From NCBI GenBank assembly GCA_964372495.1, contig CAYJQU010000004.1, positions 51,350 to 114,596 on the forward strand: a stretch of DNA of 63,247 nt, given 5' to 3'. The stretch comes from an uncultured Gammaproteobacteria bacterium (GTDB lineage: Bacteria; Patescibacteriota; Microgenomatia; JAUYPR01). Under the pieces are notes generated by a model. That model saw nothing but the letters and a program-made list of their open reading frames with translations. It was not told the origin of the DNA and did no database searches. Position 1 is the first letter of the stretch, and every line of letters begins with the position of its first letter. Below are positions 45,728-54,390 of this stretch, piece after piece. A program made the translations under genes and the position numbers.

Positions 45728-45736
45728 TGCTACAAT
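45728..45736 (+). promoter_or_regulatory. Extended -10 element TGCTACAAT 7 nt before the SpoU-type methyltransferase start
   Basis: The sequence reads TGCTACAAT actgctt GTG (45744), with no Shine-Dalgarno sequence. Confidence 0.4.
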
Positions 45737-45743
45737 ACTGCTT

Positions 45744-46355
45744 GTGATCCACAAGTACACCACACGAGAGTTAGTGGCGGTGAAACCGACGCCGGAGCAG
45801 ATTCATACCCTCCCCCGCCACCCTATTTCCATCGTAGTGGAAAACATCCGTTCCCTTGAAAATGTGGGGCTTTTCTTTCGCCTTGCGGACGCTATTCGCG
45901 CTGAGAAGCTGTATTTAGCTGGCATTACTGGCTATCCCTCACTGCCAAAAGAGGCGGAAACACGACGACCCGGCATCCATGAACGTGCGGACCGCCTCAT
46001 CAACAAGACTGCTATTCAAACGGTGCCGTTTGTATCGTGGGAGTATCGCAAAAGACCGCTTTCTGTAGTGAAGAAACTCAAGAAGCAGAGTGTGCACGTC
46101 ATTGTTTTAGAACTTACCGATAAGAGTATCCCATATACAGATTGTGTATTTCGCTTCCCGGTATGTTTAGTGGTCGGACATGAACGGAGAGGGATCTCAG
46201 AAGGAGTACTGGAAGCCGCGGATCACATCGTCCATATTCCTATGTACGGTATGGGAAATTCCCATAACACCGCTATGGCCTGCGCGATTGTTGCCTACGA
46301 AGCGTTGCGGCAAAATCCAAAACTATTATCGCCAACATTGCCACTACGTTTTTGA
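45744..46355 (+). CDS. SpoU/TrmH-family RNA 2'-O-methyltransferase
   Basis: It has ENIRSLENVG, LVVGHERRGIS and IPMYGMGNSHNTAMA SPOUT motifs. Confidence 0.8.
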   Translation: MIHKYTTRELVAVKPTPEQIHTLPRHPISIVVENIRSLENVGLFFRLADAIRAEKLYLAGITGYPSLPKEAETRRPGIHERADRLINKTAIQTVPFVSWEYRKRPLSVVKKLKKQSVHVIVLELTDKSIPYTDCVFRFPVCLVVGHERRGISEGVLEAADHIVHIPMYGMGNSHNTAMACAIVAYEALRQNPKLLSPTLPLRF

Positions 46356-46568
46356 GGCTTCAGGCTTCGATTCCTTCGTCTCCAGCGTCTCTTCTTCGTC
46401 TTCTTGCGCGAGCACTTTATACAGCACGAAGAGAATAATAACTACGGCGACAAAAAGCAATACCAACGTAGTAGTGTTGCTGGCAAAGATATTTGCTATC
46501 CTCTCTCACCCCCTTCTTGTTGCATACCCGCATCGTAAGAAACAAGGGAGGAATTGTCAATCCTCTGT

Positions 46569-46694
46569 CTAAATCAATCCAAATGTTTTGCCAAAGGTGA
46601 GTAGGACCAACACAAACATCGCAAACATGAGTACGTCATGAATACATGCTCCCGTTTGCTTCTTGCAGCCGTCCATACCACAGAAAAACGGCAT
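46569..46694 (-). CDS. 41-aa Cys-rich small membrane peptide
   Basis: The sequence is MPFFCGMDGCKKQTGACIHDVLMFAMFVLVLLTFGKTFGLI. A strong Shine-Dalgarno sequence GAGGAGGG lies 8 nt upstream, inside the end of the preceding ORF. It is not in the ORF track because it is shorter than 60 aa. Confidence 0.45.
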   Translation of the reverse strand: MPFFCGMDGCKKQTGACIHDVLMFAMFVLVLLTFGKTFGLI

Positions 46695-46698
46695 AAAA

Positions 46699-47055
46699 TT
46701 ACCCTCCTCTCGCCCTAATCGTACCCAGTGCTACTCGTACCCCGGCAAAAACGGCAAGTTTCGCCAGATTAAGATAGGTAGGAGACATCAGTATCTCAAG
46801 CACGGTGGCCGCAACCAAAAGCTCGCTGGCAAAAACAAGGTGAGCTGTGAGGCCAATTGATGTAGGTATAAGCAGCACGCGCCTCCTTAGGCTTGCAGTC
46901 AGTACCGCCAAGAGCGACAGTACTGCCGCCGCGCTAAGCACCAAAACGGCTGATACGGTAAGAATAGTTGCAAAGTACCGGAGAATTTCAATTGCGAGTG
47001 GAGGCAGCGCATTCACCACCTGCTCATTGTGAGAGGTACCGACACTCTCTGTCAA
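46699..47055 (-). CDS. Small polytopic membrane protein (DUF1622-like?)
   Basis: This 118-aa ORF has 3-4 hydrophobic segments. The family assignment is tentative. Confidence 0.5.
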   Translation of the reverse strand: MTESVGTSHNEQVVNALPPLAIEILRYFATILTVSAVLVLSAAAVLSLLAVLTASLRRRVLLIPTSIGLTAHLVFASELLVAATVLEILMSPTYLNLAKLAVFAGVRVALGTIRARGG

Positions 47056-47074
47056 GACATTTATGGGAAGCCGG

Positions 47075-47824
47075 TCAGAGCCCTAGTAGGCGCTTCACCG
47101 CACGAGTTACCTTGAGAGGATCTTTTGCCTGCCAAATGTTACGCCCCACCGCCATCCCCAACGCCCCGCTTTGAGCTACCAATTTCACCATCCCAAGGAA
47201 CGCTGCGTGGGAAACCTTGGGCCCACCCGAGAATACCACCCTGGTTCTCCCTGCCGCTTGCACAATGTCGGCAAGTACGGAAGCGCTGGGGTGCAGCTTA
47301 ACCTTTACGATGTCGGCGCCCAACTCAAGACCAACCCGCGCTGCATACGCGGTAATTGCCGCAGTTTCTTCCTTAACTGTGCCTCCCCGCGGGTACATCC
47401 AGCCAATCACCGGCAGGCCAAATCCATGCGCCTCAGCCACTATTGCGCCAAGTTGCGAAACCATCTCATCCTGGCGCCCGCTTCCCACATACACCGTATA
47501 CCCAACGGCCGAAGCTCCCAATCCCCTCGCTTCAGCCACTGTACAAATAAGTGGGGAAAAGGGTTCGCCGGTAGCAAGCGAGGTCTTGCCATTCAACTTT
47601 AGTATCAATGGCACTTCAGATGCGTAACGGGAACCCGTATAGTATTTTTCCGCCACACCCTTTTGTAAGATGACACCGCTGTACCCACCTCGCACCGCGA
47701 TATCCAGTACATACTCTGGGTCCACGCTATCATCATTAAAATCAATCGGCCCGTGCTCCAAGCCTTGGTCGTAGGCCAGGTACAAAGCTTTCCCTTTACT
47801 TGTAATCTTCGATAAATCAACCAT
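47075..47824 (-). CDS. Class I fructose-bisphosphate aldolase, DhnA/FbaB (archaeal) type
   Basis: It has LAYDQGLEHGP, ILKLNG and the Schiff-base lysine context GADIVKVK. Confidence 0.8.
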   Translation of the reverse strand: MVDLSKITSKGKALYLAYDQGLEHGPIDFNDDSVDPEYVLDIAVRGGYSGVILQKGVAEKYYTGSRYASEVPLILKLNGKTSLATGEPFSPLICTVAEARGLGASAVGYTVYVGSGRQDEMVSQLGAIVAEAHGFGLPVIGWMYPRGGTVKEETAAITAYAARVGLELGADIVKVKLHPSASVLADIVQAAGRTRVVFSGGPKVSHAAFLGMVKLVAQSGALGMAVGRNIWQAKDPLKVTRAVKRLLGL

Positions 47825-47826
47825 CT

Positions 47827-48798
47827 CTATCCAACTGATCTTGGCACAAAATTGCTGTGTTTTTCTCGCAATGCATTCAGCTTACTCTCCATGAGTAACC
47901 CCTCTTGTGCTCCAATATACTGGACCACAGATGCGGCATTGATTGCACCTGCGCGTAATCCTTCTCCTATGGAGCCTGTTTTGCTCAGCACGCCAAGAAA
48001 ACCGGCCGTGAACGCATCCCCAGCTCCCGTTTTTTCGACCACTTCACCCTTAAAGCATGCTATCCGCAAGGCATGAGCATCAGAAACAGCAGTCGCTCCT
48101 CGTACATCGTCTGTAACAACCACGACGTGCGGGCCTTGCCTCTTGAGCGCCTTTGCCACCCCTACCATATCGCCATGATGTGCTCCCAAAAGCATTTCTC
48201 CTTCCTCCCGATTGACTAATAATACGTCTAGCGAAGGTAAGAACGAGGTAATTGTGTCCCTCGCATGTCGTAATTGGTAAGACCCTGGATTGAATGCGAG
48301 CTTTGCTTTGTGCTCTCGCACAAATTTTTGAACCGGCGCGCATAGCTTTTCGGATCCTTCTCCACCGGCGCTCAGATATACCCACCGTGTGGGTTGTAGT
48401 TTAGGCAACGCATACGTACGCGGTACATAGTAAGGGAAAATAGTGCGATCTCTTTTGTAAACCAGTACTGTAGAAACATTTGAGTCGCTATCTCGCGTAA
48501 CCATCACATACCGATCATCAACTTGCTGCCGGGCAAGTTCTTCTTTAATAAACTTCCCGAACATATCATCCCCCCGTACTGCATACAACGCTGTGGAGAA
48601 CCCCAAGCGAGACAGGCCCACTGCGGTATTGGTAGCATTCCCCCCAAGTGCTACCGCAAATCGGTCCACGGGAATCTTATCTCCATATGTTACTTCAAGA
48701 AGCGACGCGTGCTCTCGTGGTACCTCTCTCAACCGCGCTTCATGAATCACATTGAAAATATCAAACGTCAAATTGCCAATAGCTATAAAGTCGAACAT
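47827..48798 (-). CDS. PfkB-family carbohydrate kinase
   Basis: It has the GGNATNTAVGL motif and the C-terminal TGAGDAFTAGF signature. Confidence 0.8.
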   Translation of the reverse strand: MFDFIAIGNLTFDIFNVIHEARLREVPREHASLLEVTYGDKIPVDRFAVALGGNATNTAVGLSRLGFSTALYAVRGDDMFGKFIKEELARQQVDDRYVMVTRDSDSNVSTVLVYKRDRTIFPYYVPRTYALPKLQPTRWVYLSAGGEGSEKLCAPVQKFVREHKAKLAFNPGSYQLRHARDTITSFLPSLDVLLVNREEGEMLLGAHHGDMVGVAKALKRQGPHVVVVTDDVRGATAVSDAHALRIACFKGEVVEKTGAGDAFTAGFLGVLSKTGSIGEGLRAGAINAASVVQYIGAQEGLLMESKLNALREKHSNFVPRSVG

Positions 48799-48800
48799 GC

Positions 48801-49736
48801 CTATTTACGCGTTACAGCCTCCCTTGCCGCACTCACAATCGCTGACGCCGTAAGGCCGTACTCTGCCAAAAGCTGTCGCGCTGCACCAGACTTTCCAAAG
48901 GTATCTGGCATGGCAACACATCTCACAGGAACTGGATAGCTTCCAGCTACAACGCGCGCCACGATGGAGCCAAGACCCACAAACTGTTGGTGTTCCTCTG
49001 CCGTGACGATAGCGCCAGTTTCCTGTGCCGCGGTAACGACCGTCTGTTCATCCAAAGGCTTGAGGGTATGGAGATTTATAACTCGAGCTAAAATCGAAGC
49101 TTTCTCAAGCTCCTGTGCGGCAACTAGTGCCTCAGGAACCATAACCCCACATGCCACTATCGTTACATCAGTTCCCTTTCGCAAGACCTGCGCTTTACCA
49201 AGCTCAAAAGTATCATCCTCACGTGTCACCTGCGGTACCGGTTCTCTTCCGAGACGCAGATACAATGGACCGACGTGGGTGGCGGCGGCGAGGGTTGCCC
49301 GATATGCTTGCTGGGCATCGCACGGTACCACTACCGTCATATTAGGTAAGGCGCAGTAAAAGCCGAGATCTTCCATCATCTGCGCCGATGCACCATCCTC
49401 GCCGGTCGTTATACCATTATGCGTCGTTACCACCTTCACATTGAGATTGCCGTAGGCGATTGTCACGCGGATGTGATCTGCTGCCCTGATCATGAAGGAA
49501 CCAAATGAGGACACAAAGGGAACGAGGCCAAGCAAACTGAAACCAGACGCAATGCCGATAAGATTCTGCTCAGCAATCCCGACTTCCACGTATCGTTCAG
49601 GGAAACGCTGCCTAAACGCCAGCGCCCGCGTAGAATCAGCAAGGTCAGCAGAGAGCGCAAAAACCTTTAGGTTTGTTCTACCAAGCTCAAGGAGTGCCTC
49701 CCCGTAACCATCCCGCGTTGCGCTGTTACCGACCAT
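48801..49736 (-). CDS. tkt: Transketolase, C-terminal (pyrimidine-binding) subunit
   Basis: This is the split-transketolase pattern, with EVGIAEQNLIG and the C-terminal domain. Confidence 0.9.
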   Translation of the reverse strand: MVGNSATRDGYGEALLELGRTNLKVFALSADLADSTRALAFRQRFPERYVEVGIAEQNLIGIASGFSLLGLVPFVSSFGSFMIRAADHIRVTIAYGNLNVKVVTTHNGITTGEDGASAQMMEDLGFYCALPNMTVVVPCDAQQAYRATLAAATHVGPLYLRLGREPVPQVTREDDTFELGKAQVLRKGTDVTIVACGVMVPEALVAAQELEKASILARVINLHTLKPLDEQTVVTAAQETGAIVTAEEHQQFVGLGSIVARVVAGSYPVPVRCVAMPDTFGKSGAARQLLAEYGLTASAIVSAAREAVTRK

Positions 49737-50565
49737 AATACTCCTCTAGAGCCTTGAGCGCTGCCGGTACATCGTCCGGTTTCGGCGCAACCCCATGCCA
49801 CTTATGATCGTTCTCCCAGAAAGAAACGCCCTTGGCCATCATGGTGTGCGCAAGCAGCACTTTGGGCCTCCCGTTCGACTCGTGCATCTTTTCTAACGTA
49901 CGTACGACCTCATGCATCACATTGCCATCACAGGTAAAGACTTCCCAACCAAAAGCGTGATATTTCTCACCAAGGGGCGAACTGTCTAGAATCTGCCGTG
50001 TCGGCCCATTTTGCTGCATCCCGTTTAGATCAATGATGGCTGCTAAGTTATCCAGCTTATAATGCCCAGCTGCCATAGCAGCTTCCCATACCGCACCCTC
50101 TCCTTGCTCACCATCTCCCATGACGCAATACACCCGATTGTCCTTGCCCAAACGCTTGAGCCCGAGCGCTATACCAACTGCCACATTGATACCTTGCCCC
50201 AGCGATCCAGTGGTAGTCTCGATGCCAGGTAGATCAACACGAGAAGGATGGCCTTGGAGATGGCTGTCGCTTTTTCTCAGAGACAGAAGTTCACCTTCCA
50301 AGAAAAAGCCGCGCTTTGCCATGACCGCATACAACGCTGGGCAGAGATGGCCTGCAGAAAGAATGAAATAGTCACGACCCTCCCACACGGAATTCTGAGG
50401 ATCAAGCTTGAGAACATCAAAGTACAACGCAACGAGTACGTCAGTTACGGAAAGTGAGCCGCCCGTATGCCCTGACCCAGCCCCAGCGAGCATCTGCACG
50501 ACGGTTTTACGTACCTCTAAAGCAATATGCTCTAGCTCTTGTACCGTATGTTTCTTTCCTGTCAT
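49726..50565 (-). CDS. tkt: Transketolase, N-terminal (TPP-binding) subunit
   Basis: It has GSGHTGGSLS, ILSAGH and GDGEQGEGAVWEA. The start is set at ATG 50565. Confidence 0.9.
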   Translation of the reverse strand: MTGKKHTVQELEHIALEVRKTVVQMLAGAGSGHTGGSLSVTDVLVALYFDVLKLDPQNSVWEGRDYFILSAGHLCPALYAVMAKRGFFLEGELLSLRKSDSHLQGHPSRVDLPGIETTTGSLGQGINVAVGIALGLKRLGKDNRVYCVMGDGEQGEGAVWEAAMAAGHYKLDNLAAIIDLNGMQQNGPTRQILDSSPLGEKYHAFGWEVFTCDGNVMHEVVRTLEKMHESNGRPKVLLAHTMMAKGVSFWENDHKWHGVAPKPDDVPAALKALEEYYGR

Positions 50566-50572
50566 AAAAATC

Positions 50573-51187
50573 CTAAATCGTAAACGCTTGCTCATCTTTT
50601 GGCGCTATGTAATGTACATGGCGCTTCGTTTCGATTTCTTCCTCAAACGCGTGGACCGCTGGCACGACCTGCTCAGGCTTTTCTACGATCCGATACACCA
50701 TAAACTCCTCAGGTCGCATGAGCATATTCTTCTTGAAGGTCAACACGATGTCATTCCAAAACTGCCCGAACAAAATAAGCGGCTTATGATGACCAAAATA
50801 AATGCGGGCCAGTCCCCACGCCATGCCAAACTCAGAAATGGTGCCCGTGCCCCCATTAAAAACGATGTACATATCACCAAGCTCAAGGAGCTTCAAAGTC
50901 CGCTCCAAGTAGTTGGTGACCTTTATCTCCTCGTCCATTGGATTATTGGGGTTGCGCCCTTCAAACACCGTTGCTCCCTGGGGATCAAACGTGACACCAA
51001 TGACGCGACCTCCGCCTTCTTTGGCACCCCGGCTTGCTGCCTCCATAACCCCATAACCCCCACCATTGACTACCATGTACCCAGCTTGCGCAACAAGCTT
51101 TGCTGATTCAAAAACATCTCGATAGAGCTTCTCTTGAGGAACTGCGGTAGAGTACCCAAAAAAGGCAATGTGTTTGGCGCGAAGCAT
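50573..51187 (-). CDS. LOG/TIGR00730-family Rossmann-fold nucleotide-binding protein
   Basis: It has GGGYGVMEAASRGA and NGGTGTISE (PGGxGTxxE-type) motifs. Confidence 0.75.
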   Translation of the reverse strand: MLRAKHIAFFGYSTAVPQEKLYRDVFESAKLVAQAGYMVVNGGGYGVMEAASRGAKEGGGRVIGVTFDPQGATVFEGRNPNNPMDEEIKVTNYLERTLKLLELGDMYIVFNGGTGTISEFGMAWGLARIYFGHHKPLILFGQFWNDIVLTFKKNMLMRPEEFMVYRIVEKPEQVVPAVHAFEEEIETKRHVHYIAPKDEQAFTI

Positions 51188-51190
51188 AGC

Positions 51191-51829
51191 TTAATGATAG
51201 AGAGTGCCCGCAGCACTTTCAAGATCGGCAAGCGCAACCGCCACGCTTGGCTGACCGAATATATAGGAGGAGCTCACAAAGTGGTTTGCGCCGGCACGAG
51301 CAGCCAGGGCGATCGTTTGCGGCGTAATGCCACCATCTACCCCAATGAGCGCCTTGGGAAACTTCCTTTTTAGGACAGTTACTTTAGCCAACACGTCCGG
51401 CAGAAACCGCTGGCCTGTTTTTCCTGGGTGAATCGTCATGACGAGCACGTTTCCTGTTTGCTCTACAAATCCTACCACTTGATCAACCGGTGTCTCCGGA
51501 CTTATTGCTACCCCAACAGCAAACCCCTCGCGTTTCACTTTCTCGACTACGCTCGGAACCAGAAACGAAGATTCGGCGTGAAGCCACACTAACACTGGCC
51601 TCCCCCTTATATAGATATCGATGGTCTGCTCAGGATTCAGGATCATAAGATGCAGCTCGAAAGGCAAGTCGGAAAGAATTGATACACACTGCTCCCATGA
51701 TAGTGAAGTACCCTCAAACAGCTTTCCATCTGTAATGTCCAGGTGAAACCGCTTGGCAAAAGGGGCCACTCTCGCAAGTTTATCTTGGAATTCTTCTATC
51801 GTTTGGGGCAAAATCGAAGGGATCACCAT
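51191..51829 (-). CDS. rpe: Ribulose-phosphate 3-epimerase
   Basis: It has IPSIL, HLDITDG, HLM and VDGGI motifs. The start is set at ATG 51829. Confidence 0.8.
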   Translation of the reverse strand: MVIPSILPQTIEEFQDKLARVAPFAKRFHLDITDGKLFEGTSLSWEQCVSILSDLPFELHLMILNPEQTIDIYIRGRPVLVWLHAESSFLVPSVVEKVKREGFAVGVAISPETPVDQVVGFVEQTGNVLVMTIHPGKTGQRFLPDVLAKVTVLKRKFPKALIGVDGGITPQTIALAARAGANHFVSSSYIFGQPSVAVALADLESAAGTLYH

Positions 51830-51836
51830 TCCACTG

Positions 51837-53213
51837 TTATTGTAGCACGGGACGGTACAGCAGCAATTCGCCGTGGGAGCGCACAAGTTCCAGTGGATAA
51901 CGGCTCACCCGCTTGACACTATCCTCCGTATACACATTCGTAAGCAGCACGCTTCCATTAAAAAAATGGTTGTTGAGTGTGTCTGCATCGATTGCTGCTG
52001 TCACATCACGGTTGGCGCGCAACCGGTTTATCGGGCGATTTGCATAAAACATCGCTACAGGAAAATAGTAGTCGTCAAGTAAAATTGCCGTACCGGAAGG
52101 AGATTCCAGCTCCGCCTGCCTGAGCATAAAAACTTGCGCGTCGGTTGTCTGCGGCACCATATAGGAGCTGTAATACCGCGTAAGGTGAAACAGTGTAATC
52201 GGGATAGCCAGGAGAAGGCAGGCCGTTTGGCCACGCAAAGAAAGAGCTCCAACCACCTGTCCTGTTATCAGAGCTAGGACCGGATACAGTGGCAACAAAT
52301 ACCAATCGAAATGCGTTTTCATCATGGCCATGGCGGCTACGTATGTACCTACCGCACATAAGAATAGGCCGTCATGAGATACGTTTCTCCGTAGGAGTGC
52401 TTTCCAAACAATACCGACAAGGGATACCGGAAGCCACAACTTCAACCCTTGCAGCAGTTCCCCTACCCACCACAACCGTTCAGCTGTCGGAAGCTGTCCC
52501 ACCTTCCCACCCATATAGCCGAAGAAATACCCATGCACGTAGGCATCACCATACTGAGCGATCTGGAGAATTTGCCACGGCAACGCCACGACAAGAAGGC
52601 CGATGAACGCTTGATACAAGTTTCTCAGTCTTTCCGGTTGAGCAACCGCCAGATACAACGCGGCCGAAGATACGGGCCAGAGCCCGAAGAGACCCTTGGT
52701 GAGGAACGCGCATCCAGAAAGAAGCCCGGCAAAGAGCATAAACCATGGTGTTCTCGTGCCCACATTGAATAAAAGCAGGCTAGCCGTCGTAAAAAAGGTA
52801 AGTGTTGCATCCAAATTCCCCGTTCTACCCAGGTACAAAAATTTGACCGTCGAAACTACCACAAGTGACGCGACGACCCCCGCCACGTATTCCTTCCTCC
52901 TGGCAAACCACCAATACACTAGTATAGTAGTACCAAGGGAGCTCAACGCTGCAAAGAAGCGAGCACCAAGCTCTGAAGCCCCGAAAAGCCTAAATAGCAA
53001 AGCTTCGAGCCAGATGTATAGCGGGCTTGCTCCAAAAAAAGAGCCGCCATCAAATGTAATGCGCCAGAACGCGCCGGTGCGTGCCATCTCCTTGGCCATG
53101 ACTCCATAGAAAGCTTCGTCGAAGCTAACGAGATACGTAGCGTTGAGTTGATAAAAAAGAAGGAAGGCTGAAAGAAAACCTACCAGGGAGAAAATTAATT
53201 TTGTGATCCCCAC
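51837..53213 (-). CDS. GT39/ArnT-like membrane glycosyltransferase
   Basis: It is polytopic (at least 10 TM segments) with an N-terminal SFDEAFYGVMAKEM loop, the DE motif typical of GT-C enzymes. Confidence 0.7.
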   Translation of the reverse strand: MGITKLIFSLVGFLSAFLLFYQLNATYLVSFDEAFYGVMAKEMARTGAFWRITFDGGSFFGASPLYIWLEALLFRLFGASELGARFFAALSSLGTTILVYWWFARRKEYVAGVVASLVVVSTVKFLYLGRTGNLDATLTFFTTASLLLFNVGTRTPWFMLFAGLLSGCAFLTKGLFGLWPVSSAALYLAVAQPERLRNLYQAFIGLLVVALPWQILQIAQYGDAYVHGYFFGYMGGKVGQLPTAERLWWVGELLQGLKLWLPVSLVGIVWKALLRRNVSHDGLFLCAVGTYVAAMAMMKTHFDWYLLPLYPVLALITGQVVGALSLRGQTACLLLAIPITLFHLTRYYSSYMVPQTTDAQVFMLRQAELESPSGTAILLDDYYFPVAMFYANRPINRLRANRDVTAAIDADTLNNHFFNGSVLLTNVYTEDSVKRVSRYPLELVRSHGELLLYRPVLQ

Positions 53214-53656
53214 TGCCTCTCAAACTCAGCAATCTGGGCAAGTCTTCTCTCGTGGCGACGGTGCTGGGAAAATGGGGTGGCAAGAAACGTTTCAAGAATG
53301 TGGTAGATTCGTAATTCGGGGACAAAATCAGCCGAAAGCACGATGACGTTGGCGTTGTTATGCTCCCTCCCATGGGCCGCCATAGTTTCATCAATGCAAG
53401 AAACCGCGCGCACGTTCGGAAACTTATTGGCTGCAATCACCATACCTCCGCCGCTGCGACACAGGAGTACTCCTCGATCTTTCAGATGCCCGCTGCCTAC
53501 CGCTTGGGCAACTTTTGCAGCAAACACCGGATAGTCGTCGTCGTGATCAAGATATGCAGCACCCATATCTTGCCATTCTTGACCCTGTTGCGTGAGCCAA
53601 GACTTCAGCTTCTCTTTCATCGCAAAGCCCCCATGGTCAGCACCCAGATATATCAT
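53195..53656 (-). CDS. rpiB: Ribose-5-phosphate isomerase B
   Basis: It has GADHGG, CRSGGGMVIAANK and HNNANVIVL motifs. Confidence 0.9.
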   Translation of the reverse strand: MIYLGADHGGFAMKEKLKSWLTQQGQEWQDMGAAYLDHDDDYPVFAAKVAQAVGSGHLKDRGVLLCRSGGGMVIAANKFPNVRAVSCIDETMAAHGREHNNANVIVLSADFVPELRIYHILETFLATPFSQHRRHERRLAQIAEFERQWGSQN

Positions 53657-54390
53657 GCAACACGCGCCTTTCTTGCTATAAAATAGAGGCCGGTACCTAC
53701 TGCGACCGCGCTGAGTACGTGCGCCACCTTAATTGGTCCGACGGTGGCAGTATCTAGCCGCAACCACTCAAAGAAAAACCTACCACTCCCCATCCAAAAA
53801 AGATATGCCCCAAAAAGGATTCCTTTGGGTAGATTGACCTTGCGCTCTAGCTGTAGCATACCTACCGTACCAAGCGCAAGCCAGAGTGCTTCATACAGGT
53901 GCGTTGGATGAAAGGTCGTGACGTTCATAAACTGGGCAGGCCGCTTCTCAGGATTAATTGCTACACCCCACAGTAAAGTGGTGGGAGGGCCAAATCCCTC
54001 CTGATTGAAAAAGTTTCCGATTCTCCCAATAGCTTGACCAACGGCAAGTGACGGGGCCAGCAAATCCAGCACTGGTAGGACTGGAATATGCTCTCTGGCT
54101 AGCCTCCACCACAGAGTCAAAAGACCTCCCCCGAGTGCACCGAAAATCCCCAGTCCCCCTTCCCATACCGAAAATATGCTAAGCGGCCGAACCAAGTACC
54201 ACTCCCAATAGTCAGCCACGTGGTAAAGGCGAGCGCCAATAAGTCCTCCTACAAAAACCCAGGGAAATAAATTCTCCAAAACGCTTTTATCGACTCGATA
54301 GTGAATCGCACGGCGACTCGCAAGCCAATAGCTAACCAATATGCCCAAAGCTACAAAGAGACCATACGGATGAACTATCACACTTCCCAC
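53653..54390 (-). CDS. lgt: Prolipoprotein diacylglyceryl transferase
   Basis: It has the GRIGNFFNQE signature and HPTHLYE. Confidence 0.85.
   Translation of the reverse strand: MGSVIVHPYGLFVALGILVSYWLASRRAIHYRVDKSVLENLFPWVFVGGLIGARLYHVADYWEWYLVRPLSIFSVWEGGLGIFGALGGGLLTLWWRLAREHIPVLPVLDLLAPSLAVGQAIGRIGNFFNQEGFGPPTTLLWGVAINPEKRPAQFMNVTTFHPTHLYEALWLALGTVGMLQLERKVNLPKGILFGAYLFWMGSGRFFFEWLRLDTATVGPIKVAHVLSAVAVGTGLYFIARKARVA

Noticed and set aside
50408-51106. Long antisense or alternative-frame ORFs opposite well-supported genes. Examples are 50408..51106 (232 aa), 35744..36430 (228 aa), 23835..24497 (220 aa), 8373..8987 (204 aa), 44189..44785 (198 aa), 62018..62581, 26058..26621 and 12161..12682.
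   Set aside because: In each case the opposite strand encodes a protein with clear family motifs (LOG, SufS, FtsH, P-type ATPase and others). The shadow ORFs are Arg/Ser/Pro-rich, low-complexity translations with no motifs.
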